Shown: one piece after another, positions 1 through 13,717 of the stretch
Layout: every line of letters begins with the position of its first letter
How positions within the stretch are numbered: the stretch's first letter is position 1
Source of the DNA: Blastocystis sp. Blastoise
Lineage: Eukaryota > Protista > Bigyra: Opalinata
Direction of reading: 5' to 3'
Assembly (NCBI GenBank): GCA_039096225.1
Contig: JBBPEB010000011.1
Span: forward strand, 310,001 to 374,000
Length of the DNA stretch: 64,000 nucleotides
Notes under the pieces: generated by a model
What the model was told of the DNA's origin: nothing
Databases searched by the model: none
What the model saw: only the letters and a program-made list of their open reading frames with translations
Translations under genes and position numbers: made by a program

Positions 1-136
1 AATACTTTACTATATTAATAAACAGCATTGATAATTGTTTATATAAATAAATATGATAATAATAAAAATGAAACGAAAGAATATATATATATATGAGTTA
101 AATTAAAAAATAGTAATACTTGTTGTATAATATATA

Positions 137-1709
137 TTATGCTCTTCCCCAGACTTCATAATCTTCTACTGTAAAGTAATTTTGAGTATCAGAATTATTA
201 GTATTCACAAATAAGGATGATTTTTGAGGCGTATTCACAGTAGTAAATGAGTTTGAATTATTATATGCATTATCATTAGTAGCATGACAATTATTAACAA
301 TAACTATATCTTTTCCACCTCCAAATGTAGGACCATACGAAGAAGAACAGTAGATACCATTACCTGTACCATTATGTAGATATTGAGTAGGAGGAATACC
401 ATGCTCATTACTTAAGGTAAATAGAAACTCTTTAGAAGCAGGTTTATCACAGTTACTTGTTCTAGATTCCCAACTTTGATCTGTATATCCTCCAAATATA
501 TTCATATGATTATTATGACCTATATGCTTGATTAGAGTAACTGTTTCTCCTTTATTATCGCAATAGTTATGAAAGAAAAATACAAAATAATCATATTCAC
601 TTGCTCTATATATTATTTAAATTATTAAAATATATATATATATATATTCAAATTATTTATATTATAGAATTATACCTAAATAATAATTTCCATCTCTTTT
701 CTTTACCTAACCAATTCACCAAGGGAGTTTCAAAACGTTTCTTTTCAATTATAGTGGAGTTTATAAATACATTTGGTTTTCCCATCATTGATTCTCTCAC
801 TTCTTCTCTTCCTTTCTTGCCAAATAATTCAATCATTTCTTTCTCGAATAATTCTTTATTAATATCATTTATCTTATCTTCTTCTATATTTATATATCTA
901 TTATTCACATATTGAGTAATATATTCAATATATTCATATTTCTTATTCATATATAAACTATCTTCAATATGATTATAATCAATAAATCCATTATCATAAT
1001 TCATTACATAATTATTCCATAAGCCATTCTTTATTAAATACTCTTTAATATTATCATTCTGATTTCCATTAATAAATAAAGAAACTTCATCACCGTTCTT
1101 ATACTGTTTCTTTTTAGTATCTCTTCTTTCTCTACATGCAACCAAATCTAAAGGAATCACTAATCCACAAAATTCATATAAATCCAATAATTCTAATTGA
1201 TCTTTATAACATAAACCTGTAATATCTACTTTCTTTCCATTCAAATAATCTATTACATAATAAGCCATAATATCATTTCCTCTATAATCTAGATATACAG
1301 TTCCATCACTTTCTCTACTCTCTTGATCACACGATTCATAAAGAAAAGAACCTTCTATTGTATCTATTATTCTTTTTGATAAAGGAAAAATAAGATCATT
1401 ATTTGCGAAACGAATTAAATCAAAACTAGTATCATCATACGTATTCCTACTTACATTTATACCTGTATCGTTATTCATATGAATATTATGAGGTAACGAA
1501 TCAAAAACAAAGTTTTTCTCATTTGCTTCAACAAATCTACCTTTATATGTAATAGCGATGTTTCTTACAAATTCTTCAAGATTGTATCCAATATTAGCCA
1601 TAGATTCAAATCTTCTTATTTGATCTTTTATCATATCTTCATACATTATCAAATATTCTTTCAAAATAAGCAACAAATTCTTATCATATCCATTCTTTTC
1701 TATATCCAT
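137..1709 (-). CDS. BTB/POZ-like + TLDc domain protein (2 exons; intron 606-675)
   Basis: ATG at 1709. A GT-AG intron joins WKLLFR to ASEYDY...FHNYCDNKGETVTLIK...IFGGYT...FLFTL...YGPTFGGGKDI...VEDYEVW, a TLDc signature. Two degenerate KCTD-type BTB segments upstream (VYLDYRGN...VIDYLNG; LYMNKKYEYIEYITQYVNN). Confidence 0.85.
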
Positions 1710-1791
1710 GAATCCAAATAATTCACTAATTCCAAGAAATACAAGCAATTCAAAAAATAACTAATTTTTTTTTAAAGAATCAACAAAAATA

Positions 1792-1863
1792 AGCAGCCAG
1801 GCGGGTTTGAACCACCGACCGCACGATCTGCAATCGTATGCTCTACCACTGAGCTATGGCTGC
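1792..1863 (-). tRNA. trnC-GCA: tRNA-Cys(GCA)
   Basis: Reverse complement GCAGCCA TAGCTCAGTGGTAGAGC A TACGA TTGCAGA TCGTG...GGTTCAAACC...TGGCTGC T: cloverleaf, A/B boxes, U discriminator, downstream T-run. Confidence 0.96.
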
Positions 1864-2249
1864 TAGTTGACTTCTATTTTTATTTATATTATATAGGAGC
1901 AAATAGAAAAAAAAAAGAATTCCTTTTATGAACAAAGTTATAGTATAATTCTTCACTCTGCATTTTTTTATGTTATTATCAACAAATATAATTGTTTAGT
2001 TATTAAGTTTTTAATGAAAATTTCTAATTCGACAAATAAGACACAAAAACAATTATGTTAAGAATTCTTCTGTTAGAGAAATGACAAATATTCATGGGAA
2101 AATTTGTTTATTCGCGCAGAATTCGAAAATTGTCGACTGTTGGGGTAATTCAAAAAAGCAAATTAATAATTGATGGAGTTTTTTAAATGATCCTCATTTA
2201 ATATTCATTAATTATTTATATGAAATAAAATTGTTTTTCAGGTTAAGTT

Positions 2250-2729
2250 ATGGTATTGATTTATATAGAGACTTATTCTGGGCATATATACTCGATTAGA
2301 TTAGAAGAAACCGATCTCGTTGATAAGTTATGTTGCATGTTGTATTTGTTATCATCAATTCCTACACATTTATATAAATTTAATGAATCCAAAAAAGGTT
2401 TAGTTATTATTCCTCGTTATGGAAAAACATTGAAAGAAAATCATATTTTTGATGGTATACATCTTATTATGGCTCCATTTGATGATTACGTCACGAAGCA
2501 TACATGTTTTCTTGTTCTAAAACGATGTTTTGTCGTATCTATCCATTTAAATTCTAAAGATACAAAAAGTATTTTAGTTCAAACTGTGAATAAGAAACTA
2601 CAGGCAATGTCAAAGAAACCATTACCGAATTCAATCCAGTTTCAAATCAATAATCAGAAGGTTGAAGAAAATGTTTATTTGTCTTCCTATATTCACGATT
2701 TAGATTGTCTTATATATATTGCTGAATAA
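2250..2729 (+). CDS. Divergent tandem ubiquitin-like domain protein
   Basis: Intronless 159-aa ORF. First half follows ubiquitin spacing (LIYIETYSGHIYSIRLEETDLV...IP...GKTLKENHIFDGIHLIM); second half is a weaker beta-grasp-like repeat. No C-terminal GG. Confidence 0.6.
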   Translation: MVLIYIETYSGHIYSIRLEETDLVDKLCCMLYLLSSIPTHLYKFNESKKGLVIIPRYGKTLKENHIFDGIHLIMAPFDDYVTKHTCFLVLKRCFVVSIHLNSKDTKSILVQTVNKKLQAMSKKPLPNSIQFQINNQKVEENVYLSSYIHDLDCLIYIAE

Positions 2730-3503
2730 ATAACTTTACAAAGTTTATTAATATATATTCTTTTTTTCCTTTTCTTACTTTATATTGTTATTTTTTCTAT
2801 TGGTCTCTCTTCATTATTTTTTTTTTTGCTTTTTTATTTATTTGTTTATTTTTTTTTATAATAGTATTAGTATATATATATTATATATAATATATTTTTA
2901 ATAAATTTTTTAACATTTTTTTTTTTATTTTTATTAACTTTTTATTTTTTGCTATTCATCATTTTCATAATATATGTATATCTTTATCTTTTATTTCATT
3001 TTATCACATTTTTCAATATGTATGTGATACCCTTTTTTCTTATTATGTGATGTGTTGTATATATTTCTTTCTTTAATTCTCAATTATGTCTTTTCGATAG
3101 TTCTTCCATTTTTTTTTTGTCATTCTTTCTTTCAATTAATATATACACAGTATTTCGTTGTCATTCTTTTTATTTTTTTGTTAAAAAATAAAGCTTGTTA
3201 TTTTTTATTTGAAAGCAAAATCATAGTATATATTATGATATATACTATACATAAGAATACAATATAAACAAAAGATATAATTGAAAGATTTATAAATATA
3301 ATTTTTATAAATATGAATAATCATTGAAAACAAAAATGATTAAAGGAGAAAAAATAAAATGAAAATAGAAAAAAAAAGATCATTCAAGGATTATTGTTAT
3401 AATAAAAGAAAATAATGAAAAAGAGGAAAAAAAAAGAATTGAAAATAATATTATTTCTAAATATATAAAATCTAAATGATAAATAATTGTAAAAGAAGAA
3501 AAA

Positions 3504-4635
3504 CTACAATTTTGCAAGTACAACTTTTTTCCCTCGAAATCTATTTTTAATATATTTTCCTTGTTTTACAATTATATGTCCATTTAAAAAGGATTGTTCC
3601 TATATAATACATAATATATAGACTATATAGAATATATATAATATATGTAATATATATAATGATGGTATAAAATTGAATAAATATAATATCTAAAAAATAA
3701 ATAATATATGTAATATATATATAATGATGGTATAAAAATGAATAAATATAATATTTAAAAAATAAATAATATATAGAATATATATAATGATAGTATAAAA
3801 ATTGAATAAATATAATATTGAAAAAATAAATAATATATAGAATATATATAATGATGGTATAAAAATCAAATATAATATTTAAAAAATAAATAATATATAG
3901 AATATATATAATGATGGTATAAAAATTGAATAAACTATATACAATATCTAAAGCAATTGGTTCAACATCTAAGATTCCATCATTACTTAATATAGATTCT
4001 TGACATAAACTATATAAATTATAAACAATTAAAATATAACAAATATTTAAAAAAAAACATTACAATAAACAATACAATTTAATATTCATAATAATCATCA
4101 TATATATACAATTCTTGTGATTGACTTAAATATGTTGAATGATCATATAAATGACTATATATATTATAGATTCATAAAATGTTATTCTTTTAAAAATAAG
4201 AAAAAAATGATATATACATTGAATTATTTTTAAGAAAAGATTCACCACTTCTAGCAATATATGCATTCATAGCATCTTTAGTTCCTTGAGAGAGATCTAG
4301 CCTATTTATTAAATAAAATTATAGATATATAAAAATAAATGAACGATATACTGTGACATATTGTTACAATAATGACTACCAATGAAACTATCAAGGTCTG
4401 CAGTATTCTGAAGAGAATCATTATTATCTTCATTTGCTGTTGCTATTACTTTATGTTGATTAACATCATTTTGAAGACGTTTCACGCGATCTTTTGGAGA
4501 ATCCTCTACTGTTTCTAGATCGAAACTAGACCTTTTACGCTTTTCCATAGAATTATCCATTTTTCTATTATAATAATCAGTAGGTTCTTCACTTAGTATC
4601 TTCTTTTGGATTATAGATAGGTTTTCTATTGACAT
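3504..4635 (-). CDS. Hypothetical protein, 5 exons
   Basis: Four GT-AG introns join in frame (MSIENL...NMSQ/LDLSQG...NSI/HLYDHS...QEF/LCQESI...LDI/EQSFLNG...LAKL, TAG at 3504-3506). Contains a KRKR NLS-like motif; no family recognised. Confidence 0.7.
3625..3935. repeat. Intronic minisatellite, ~60-bp unit, about 5 copies
   Basis: Recurring atatataatgatggtataaaa(a)ttgaataaatataatat...aaaaaataaataatatat inside the last intron of the 3504-4635 gene. Confidence 0.9.
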
Positions 4636-5457
4636 AAAATTTCTGTACAATCAACTTTTAGGATAAACACCCAAAAGAAATAGAATACTCAATGAAATAT
4701 ATAAAAAGGAAATAAATCATAACAAACAAAATAAGACCGCGCTTTGTTATTGCGGGAAAAAAAAGTGGCAACTTTTGTTGCATCCCCTTGTTTTTTTATA
4801 AAAAATGACTCTATCTTTTTCATTCAAAAATAAACCGCCTTTTTTGCCCCTCAAACTTTACATTTTTTAATTTTTGTTTTTTATTTGATCTGATGTGGCT
4901 TTTAATGTAATATAGATTTTAATCGAATTAGAAATGCAGTAGAATAACGTTTATGTGGTACTAATATTCAAAAAATGGTATCGGTGACGTTCATTTTCTT
5001 AAATTTGAAATTTAAAATGAATTTTATGCTAGATTCTCGATAAAAAGGAATGTATGCTTATAAAAATTTATTTAAAAATGATGATTTGATACTATTTTTA
5101 AAATAGGCACATTTGCTATTGTTAATAATATGATTGGATAGTGTATTTGATCTCCAATCATTAAGTAATAAAACGTCAAATAGTATTAAAACATATGATA
5201 ATGAATTTTAAAGTAGACTTGTTGTTTTTATAATAATACATAAAATAAATACAAAACTAAGAGAATGATAAAATAAAAGTGAACTGTTTGAATAGAATAA
5301 TTCGTTTACAACAATACATAGAGTAATAGAATAAACAATAAATATATCCTATATTAATGATATAAGAACAATATATACATATATATATAATACTAGTACA
5401 TTAAAATACCAATCTTTGTAAAAAGAATACATTTGATCATTATTTTCATTAAATAAA

Positions 5458-5807
5458 TTACTTCTTTAATAAATCTTTAAGAGGAGCAGGATTACCACGG
5501 GGATCATTACAATTTCTACAAAGAGCTAAGAAATTACGAGGTTTAGCTTCCTATATATATATATATAATGAATATATATAAATTTATATATTTTATGAAA
5601 ATCATAATAAACATATGAAAATCATAATTCATAATATATCATTATATATATATCTTCAGGTGTAAGAAGATTAAGATCTTTATATTTGAATACATAAGCA
5701 TGTTGCATTTTAATATGAGCAGGAGGATCAATAGGATCAAAGAACTTGGTTTCCCAAGGCTTATATTTATCTCCTTCTTGATGACAAGGTAATAAACGTT
5801 GAGATTC

Positions 5808-5842
<35 letters not shown>

Positions 5843-5912
5843 TGATGATTCTATTGATCATTAAATTTATTATTATTATTATTTATTAAAAAAATGAATA
5901 ATTATAAATATA

Positions 5913-6007
<95 letters not shown>

Positions 6008-6773
6008 AAGTTCAGCCTTCTTCTTAGCAACAGTATTCCAATCAGGACCTCCCTCTTTACGAATAGACTTGGTTACATCTAACCATAATCTATATATATA
6101 TATATATATAGTATATTATAAGTAATATAAATAATAATATATAATATAATATAAATAATAATATATAATATAGATAAGTAATATAATATAAATAGAATAT
6201 ATATACCTTCTACTTTCATATAATCCTTCATATTCCTCTTTAAGAGTTAACTTGGGTAAAACAGTAAGAGAAGCAACATCTAAAAGAGTCTTTGTTTCCT
6301 ATATATATATATATATTATTATTATTATTTTCTATGATATATATATTATTATGTATCACAAAAAATATATAATTAAAAAAATATATATATATATATAAAT
6401 TCAGAAGTCTTAGCATCAGTAATAGAATAACTAGTATCCCATTTACCTTCAAAATGAGATAAAGTGTCTTTTTCCTTCTTTATACAACCTTTAACAACAT
6501 TATATTCACCAAAGAAAGGCTATATATATGTTATATATAAATATATAGTTTCTTTTAAAGTGAAAGAAATAATATATAATATAATATATATAGTTTCTTT
6601 TAAAATGAAAGTAATAATAATATATATATATTATATATACTTTAGCATGGAAATGAATATCAGCAGAATATCCAGTTTTTTCACAAGAAAGAGTAACGTC
6701 ATCAATTAATTGAAGTGCTAATTTACCTACAAATAAACCAGTACCAGAGAAATTAGGGATACGTGTTTTATAC

Positions 6774-6804
<31 letters not shown>

Positions 6805-7239
6805 ATAATAAACTATAATAATAAAGATAAACTATAATAATAAATATTAAAATAATAGCATACCACTTCTCCTAATCTAGGAAGAGTAATAGTACATTCT
6901 CCCACCATTCCACATAACGCGCTATTTCCTGTAAATTGAGATCTATATATATATATATATGAATTATTAAGAAATAATGTAGACATAAATAATAATAATA
7001 AAAAAAAAAACAAAGAAAATGATATATAACTAAATAAAATAATCAATTAAGTATATATATATATACTTTGTCCAAATATATCCTTCTACACAATATCCCA
7101 TCGTTTGGTTTTCAAGATAAAAAGCAGATACAGGAGGGTGATGAGATACTTGCTCAGCAATATAAGAAATAGTCGATTTCTTTATATATATAAACATATA
7201 CAACTATTTATAAAGTAATATATTTAACTATTGGTTTCT

Positions 7240-7277
<38 letters not shown>

Positions 7278-7896
7278 TAGTTTTACAAATACAACTGTAG
7301 CATTCACCAATAATAGGATTATATGGCTTCTTAACACCCTATATTAATGTTAATTATTAATGAAAGAAAAAATGTTAATAATAAAACAACAAAAATATAA
7401 TAAAACAATAAAAATATAATAAAGCAATAAAAACATAATAAAGCAATAAAAATAATAATAAAATAATAAGCATATAATAAAGCAATAAAAGTATAATAAA
7501 ATAATAAACATATAATAAAGCAATAAAAATATTAAAATATCAATATACATGAGCTTTATAATGCCAAGCAGATAAATACCACTTTAAAATATTCATAAAA
7601 CGTTGTTCTTCAGTACCATTAATCATACAGTCATCATCTAAAATATCAATATGCATAAGAGTATCACCAAATCTTTCAAGAAGAGATCTAGGATCTAAAA
7701 ATTCTACAGGAATCATGGTTCTTGTAAGATCTTGACCAGGACGAAGTTGTTTTAATAAATGCTTGATAAGACTAGGTTGTTCATAAGGAGCACCATTGAT
7801 TTCACCTCCTCGGAACTCAATGGGATCTTCATAACAAAGAGTCGTATAATCTATATCTGGATCATATTGGGGAAAGTCATGAGGTTCAGTGGTCAT
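5458..7896 (-). CDS. Oxysterol-binding protein-related (short ORP/Osh4-7 type), 10 coding exons
   Basis: Motifs DLTR..IP..FL.PRS.LE, KKPYNPIIGE, EQVSHHPP, GKW, ESRRLW.DVT, LEESQR. Three of nine coding introns are anomalous (see findings). Probable extra 5'-UTR intron near 7906-7972. Confidence 0.93.
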
Positions 7897-8381
7897 TTTT
7901 GTTCTCTATAATATATATATATTGTCACATAAATAATAATCATAATCAAATAGTATTCAAGTATATATATACCTCTTATACGCAATTATAAAGAATAAAA
8001 CTGTATGATAGATTGAAGTATTCTCTTTCTGCCGAATTCCGTTTGCATCGAAATCAAAAAAAAAGGGCAACAAAAAATTAACCGTATAATGCCTGATGTT
8101 GTTCCCAAAAGGGTATGACGTAATAATAGATAATCACGATTAATCTGGATTTCTTAGGGTTTCCGATCTGACTTCATTGTTTCATGAGAACAAAATAGAT
8201 TCTTTTTTTATACTCTTATTACATGGTTTATATTCAAAAAATACACTTAGCTATTATGAATAATAAATTAAAATGTTTTTTATTTATTTCTTTATTAAAT
8301 ATATTGTTTTGTTTTGTTTTAATGATTCACTATATAATATAGTTTATACAACTACGATGTTTAAGAATAAATCAGGTGTGT

Positions 8382-8453
8382 GGCCTGCTGGTCTAGTGGT
8401 ATGATTCTTGCTTCGGGTGCTAGAGGTCCCGGGTTCGATTCCCGGGTAGGCCC
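8382..8453 (+). tRNA. trnP-CGG: tRNA-Pro(CGG)
   Basis: GGCCTGC TGGTCTAGTGGTATGATT CTTGC TTCGGGT GCTAG AGGTC CCGGGTTCGATTCCCGG GTAGGCC C, followed by a T-run. One U-U mismatch in the anticodon stem. Confidence 0.93.
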
Positions 8454-8756
8454 ATATTCTTTTTTGTATTCTTTTTTGAATACATTTGTTTCTATGAAGA
8501 TTCCAAACTATTCTTTGAGTAAGGTTTGTATATCAAGAAAATATTTGCTTACGCCTTGAAACCCTTAGAAAATGTGTGGAAAGATATTTTTTTTATACAT
8601 TTTGAATCCCAATAGAGTTTTATTACGAATGCCAAAAGAATATTTAGACAAAACATCTGATAAGGGTCCAGTTTTAATTACTAGATTTGGATATCATTTG
8701 CAATACGAATATATTTTTATATTATATTTAAATTATATTTTTTCGAAACACATTGA

Positions 8757-9851
8757 ATGTTTAGTACGAGTATAGATATTATCAAACAAAAAATCAATGT
8801 ACACGTCATCAGTCACAACATAGTTAAATTTCTTTATATATATAGATATTCAATGGTAGGGATCCTGGAGATCGATCTGAAGCACAAAATATTTTGAATC
8901 AATTAAGGGATGCACCTGATTTTTTGGAAATATCAAAATATTTATTGACTGAAGCAAGTGGTGTTTATGCCAATCATGGTTCTGTATTTATTAAATGGTA
9001 TATTATTAAATAGATATTTTTATATATGATAGGAAAGTATGTGATCAATCTACACCTCTTTCTGAGAGTGAAGCGAAGAGTTTAATGGATTTTCTTATTC
9101 AATATTTCTTAGAACACAACAACGGTATTTTATATTTTATAAATTCTATTCTGATGTTCTAAACTATTTAGTTAAAAAAGAAGTTATTAATTTGTTATGT
9201 TATTCTATTGCTGTATTATCGGTTTCTTATGGTGCCTTTTATGATAACTTGGAACAAATCAATAACAATTTCTTTAACATAGATTATATAAGTTTATGGC
9301 TTAATATATTAAAAGAAATTCCACAATTTATAAATGAAATAAAAGTATATATTTATAGATATATTTATATTAATATCATCATTAATTACTTGATTCTTAA
9401 TATAAATAGAGAAATTATAATAATAATTATAATTGTCTAAATAAGAGTACTCAAGAAATATTAGCATGTAATAATTATATATATACGAAATTCTGGGAAC
9501 TCATGAATAGCCAATATGTGTATTCTGTAGACTATGTATATATATATATATTATTATTATTATTATTATTTATTTATTAATCAATGAATATATATAGAGT
9601 TTATTGATGGAATCCGTATCATCATGGATTGGAAATGGCTCATTTTCTTCACAGCAACTATTAGATTTAAATATATTACGTATTCTTTCTCAAGTATCTA
9701 TAATATTGCTATTTATTTTATAGATATTATAGAAGGCTTAAAATCTTTTTTATCTAATTATTTTAATACTATTTTTTTTAGAATTTGTGTTGCACAGGAA
9801 TGTCTCAAGTGTCATATACTATCATAGATACTATTTTTCATGTGTATATTA

Positions 9852-9900
<49 letters not shown>

Positions 9901-12900
9901 AATTTTTATTATTATTCATATATAAAGATATTCAATTGATAAAAATAATAATAAATTATATGAAAAAATTTTGCATTTATTTTACGAACAAAAACAAACA
10001 ATAAAAAATTGTTTGGATTATAGCCTTGATTTTAGACAATCTTTTTTTCATTTATTATCTTTAGTCGGACTTTATTCTGTTTATTTTGAGGATTTTATGG
10101 AAGAATTCTTAGAATTATTATATGTATATATGTATATTTATTATTTTATTCAATATATCATAGTTATATATATACATTTCTAACATTTTTTTATAATAAT
10201 TTATTTAAATACCTATATATATAATTATTATATATACATATATTTTAGATGATATTTGAATATATGCCAATTAATCCACCAATAGTTAATCAAGATATTC
10301 TTTTCTTCATTGATAATTGGCTGACTGTCCTTTTAAAGAAATATCAACATACATTTAAAGACTATATTAATAAACATAAAAAACTATACGATGTTATTAA
10401 TAGAATTATTTGTTGTTGTTTACTTCCTTATGTATATTTTGTAATATTTATATATATTTACTATTTTATATATATTTTTATTATATGTAGTTATTGATTC
10501 GTTTTACTGTTTTATTATATTTAATTATTGATAAGTTTTACTGTTTTATTATATGTAATTATTGATAAGTTTTTACTGTTTTATTATATTTAATTATTGA
10601 TTAGTTTTACTGTATTAATATATGTGTATATAATTTTATTCTTTTTCTTCGATTTATATCTATAAGAATTATATTTATAGGAATATGATAGTTATGATGA
10701 AAATACAAAAAATATATTTTCATTAAACAGAGATACTATTTATGTATATTGTATTTATATAATATTACCTATTGATATATATATAGGGTATTCTTTCTAT
10801 ACAATGTCGTGAACTAAAAGAAAATGCTTTTAATACAATTAAATTATATTACAAGAGATTTAATGAGCAAGTATATATTTATAAACCATAGAGTAATAAT
10901 GATATTATTATATAAATTATTATTATATAACTTATTATTATTATTATTATTATTATATAACTTATTATTATATAATTTATTATTATTATATTATTATTAT
11001 TATATAACTTATTATATAGTCAATGGAAGAATGTGATAAAATTCGTTATCTAGACGGTTACTTATTTCTAATACCTTCTCTTTTTAATGAATATATACCT
11101 TCTAATGAAGATTTCCAAAATGTATTAATATATATATAACAAAAATAGTATATTGAATATCATTTTTATTTCATTTAGATATTCAGAAGTCTAGACTATT
11201 ATAAAACATCTCTCTATCTATTAAATACGTTCTTTTTCTTCATTACTATTCTTTGTAATCGACAAAGATGCATAATTACTGATACCAATCTTTGTAAAGA
11301 TATTTTTTCATTAATAATCAATGAATTTGATCAGCCCTTTGTACGTCTTTCTTTTTCAATTTATATATTTATTTAAATTATTAATAATTAGTTATATTTA
11401 TATATATATATTTATTTGTTTAACAATATATATAATAATATACTTATTTGCTTCTCTATTCAATAGCTTCAATATAATAATTCTTGTGCATTCAAATACT
11501 TCTGTATGCATGGTTATCACATCACATTCTTCAAACAAATTCCACTAGGTATATATATATTCATTTACATATATATATATATTATACATATATAGAAAAA
11601 TTAGTGAGTATTTTTATTCCTAATTCAACTACAATGAATATTACTACATATCGACTTCTATATGAAGGGTTTTCTATACTACTGGAATATTATCCTTTGC
11701 ATTTCGATAAGATTGTAGAAATAATTACAACACCTATTTTTAATCAGTTTACTCAACTTGTTACATATAATGTAAGAGACCCAAAAACCGTTTGTGTTGG
11801 ACTTATGATATTAGCTGTATAATATTTATTATATTGAGATATATATACATATATTTATTTATTTACTCTTTTTTATGTATTAATGATTAATACCTATTAT
11901 TTATATTTATAATATCAATATATTATAGAATAATTTTTTTCTTCTATTTTTTATTTCTATATAATACCTAGATAACTCTTTAGAATTGTATATTAACTAT
12001 AATTTCTTAATATACTATATATATATATATATATATATATAGTGTTTGTCTTATTGTATCTGTACTCCAGGTCAACTGCTATCATTAAATGAAACACGAT
12101 TGTTAGATAGAACTGTTTTTTGTGACTTATTTCAAAAGCATTATAATTTAATGATAGAACTAATAAACAATTATCTTAATGATGAGTATATATATACTAT
12201 AATAATAATAATAATATCATTATTTTTTTATCCGAAATCAATTTTAATATATATATTTATATCTAGAGATACAATGGAAACTTTTTGTTATTATTTAAAA
12301 TATTTAATTCGTGTGTTTCCACAATGCTTATATATGTATATTCCGCAAATATGTACTCAAATCACAAGTCTTTTTCAAAATACCAAATGTGGAGACTATA
12401 TATATCTTTCAGCATGTGTATATGAAAAATATAGTGATTATATTGACCTACTTCTACAGTATATATTATTTATTGAATTTATTTTTTTTTTCTTCTTTTA
12501 ATCAATATTTATATATATATATTTATTATTTCTTGTTATTCTTTTTATTCATAATATACAGAGTATTCTATACTATTATATTATTATGTTTATTATTATC
12601 TATATAAATAGAAATAACTTTGATCTAATTGCTTGGATTAAATCTATTTTCAATGCTGCACTTGAATTTATAAATAACGACCATTCCTTACAAAATCGTT
12701 TCATTGAAAAAGTAGAATATATTTTTTTCTTGTTTATCATAGATATTTATACTATTCTAATTTATATTATAATTATTCTTCATATATTCAGTATAATTAG
12801 ATATTGAACTACTTTTTAAATCTATTTTTATTCTATATAGATTTCTTATTTCAATAATATTCTAATAATTATATAATATACTTTATTATAGTTCATGTTA

Positions 12901-13717
12901 TCAATTAAGAAAATTGTTATAAATCAAAATTTACAGTCACTGATATATTCCGATATTATATTTACAGAAAGAATAATTCAATTCCTTTGTGATTGTTGTC
13001 TTATTCAAGAAAAGTATATAAATATATATATTTAATATTTTTTATCTAGTTTTGTTTTATTCTATATTTGTATTTTAGTATATATATGTTTTATATATTT
13101 ATATATTTATTTCTAGAGAAGTTTATATACAAGTTTCAGATTTATTAAATCTTATGACCGATCGTTCCTGTTTCTATCAACAATCAAATAATCAAATAAC
13201 TATGAATATACAAAACTTAAACACATTAATTGAGAAACATATGTCAGTGTTAATCAAAAATATTGTATATATATATATATATATTCTTTGTAATCCTTTA
13301 TTCTTTATACTTTATGTATTATTTGTTTTTAATAAGGACTTATATATATATATATATCCATTATTATATCTATAGATGAATGGTTTATTATTTCATTATC
13401 CTGATCAATATGATATAATAAGCAAATTAGAACGATCTACTTTATATACATTATATTATTTATATCATTATTCTTTTGATTCTTATTCACGTGCAATGGG
13501 AGAATATATACAATGGCTTACTACACAATATCATTACAATGAATGTATCAACAAATTAACAGATGTATATTATTATATATCATCATTTATTATTATATAC
13601 ATATATACATATTATATATAGACAAAAAGTCATAATAATCTTTTAAAAAGTATTTTTATTCAAAATATATATATATTTGTTAATAAAATGGAAAGAAACG
13701 AAGTTTCTATGATTTGA
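8757..13717 (+). CDS. Importin-beta family karyopherin (divergent, transportin-3/importin-13-like), about 22 exons
   Basis: All junctions join in frame with GT-AG. IBN_N-like start (RSEAQNILNQLRDAPDFLEISKYLL), then VINLLCYSIAV, ILKEIPQ, SVSSWI and HEAT-like helices. TGA at 13715-13717. Confidence 0.72.
10490..10615. repeat. Intronic tandem repeat, ~33-bp unit x4
   Basis: gttttactgttttattatat(t/g)taattattgataa repeated. Confidence 0.85.

Noticed and set aside
8113-8172. Possible C/D box snoRNA (ATGACG...CTGA)
   Set aside because: Imperfect C box, 2-bp terminal stem and no rRNA or snRNA target I could recognise.
8407-8423. U-U mismatch in the tRNA-Pro anticodon stem as a recoding or pseudogene signal
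   Set aside because: A single mismatch with intact A/B boxes, stems and terminator is within normal tRNA variation.
9680-9781. Apparent GC donor or frameshift in the karyopherin gene
   Set aside because: Resolved by a canonical CAA|GTATCT donor near 9694.
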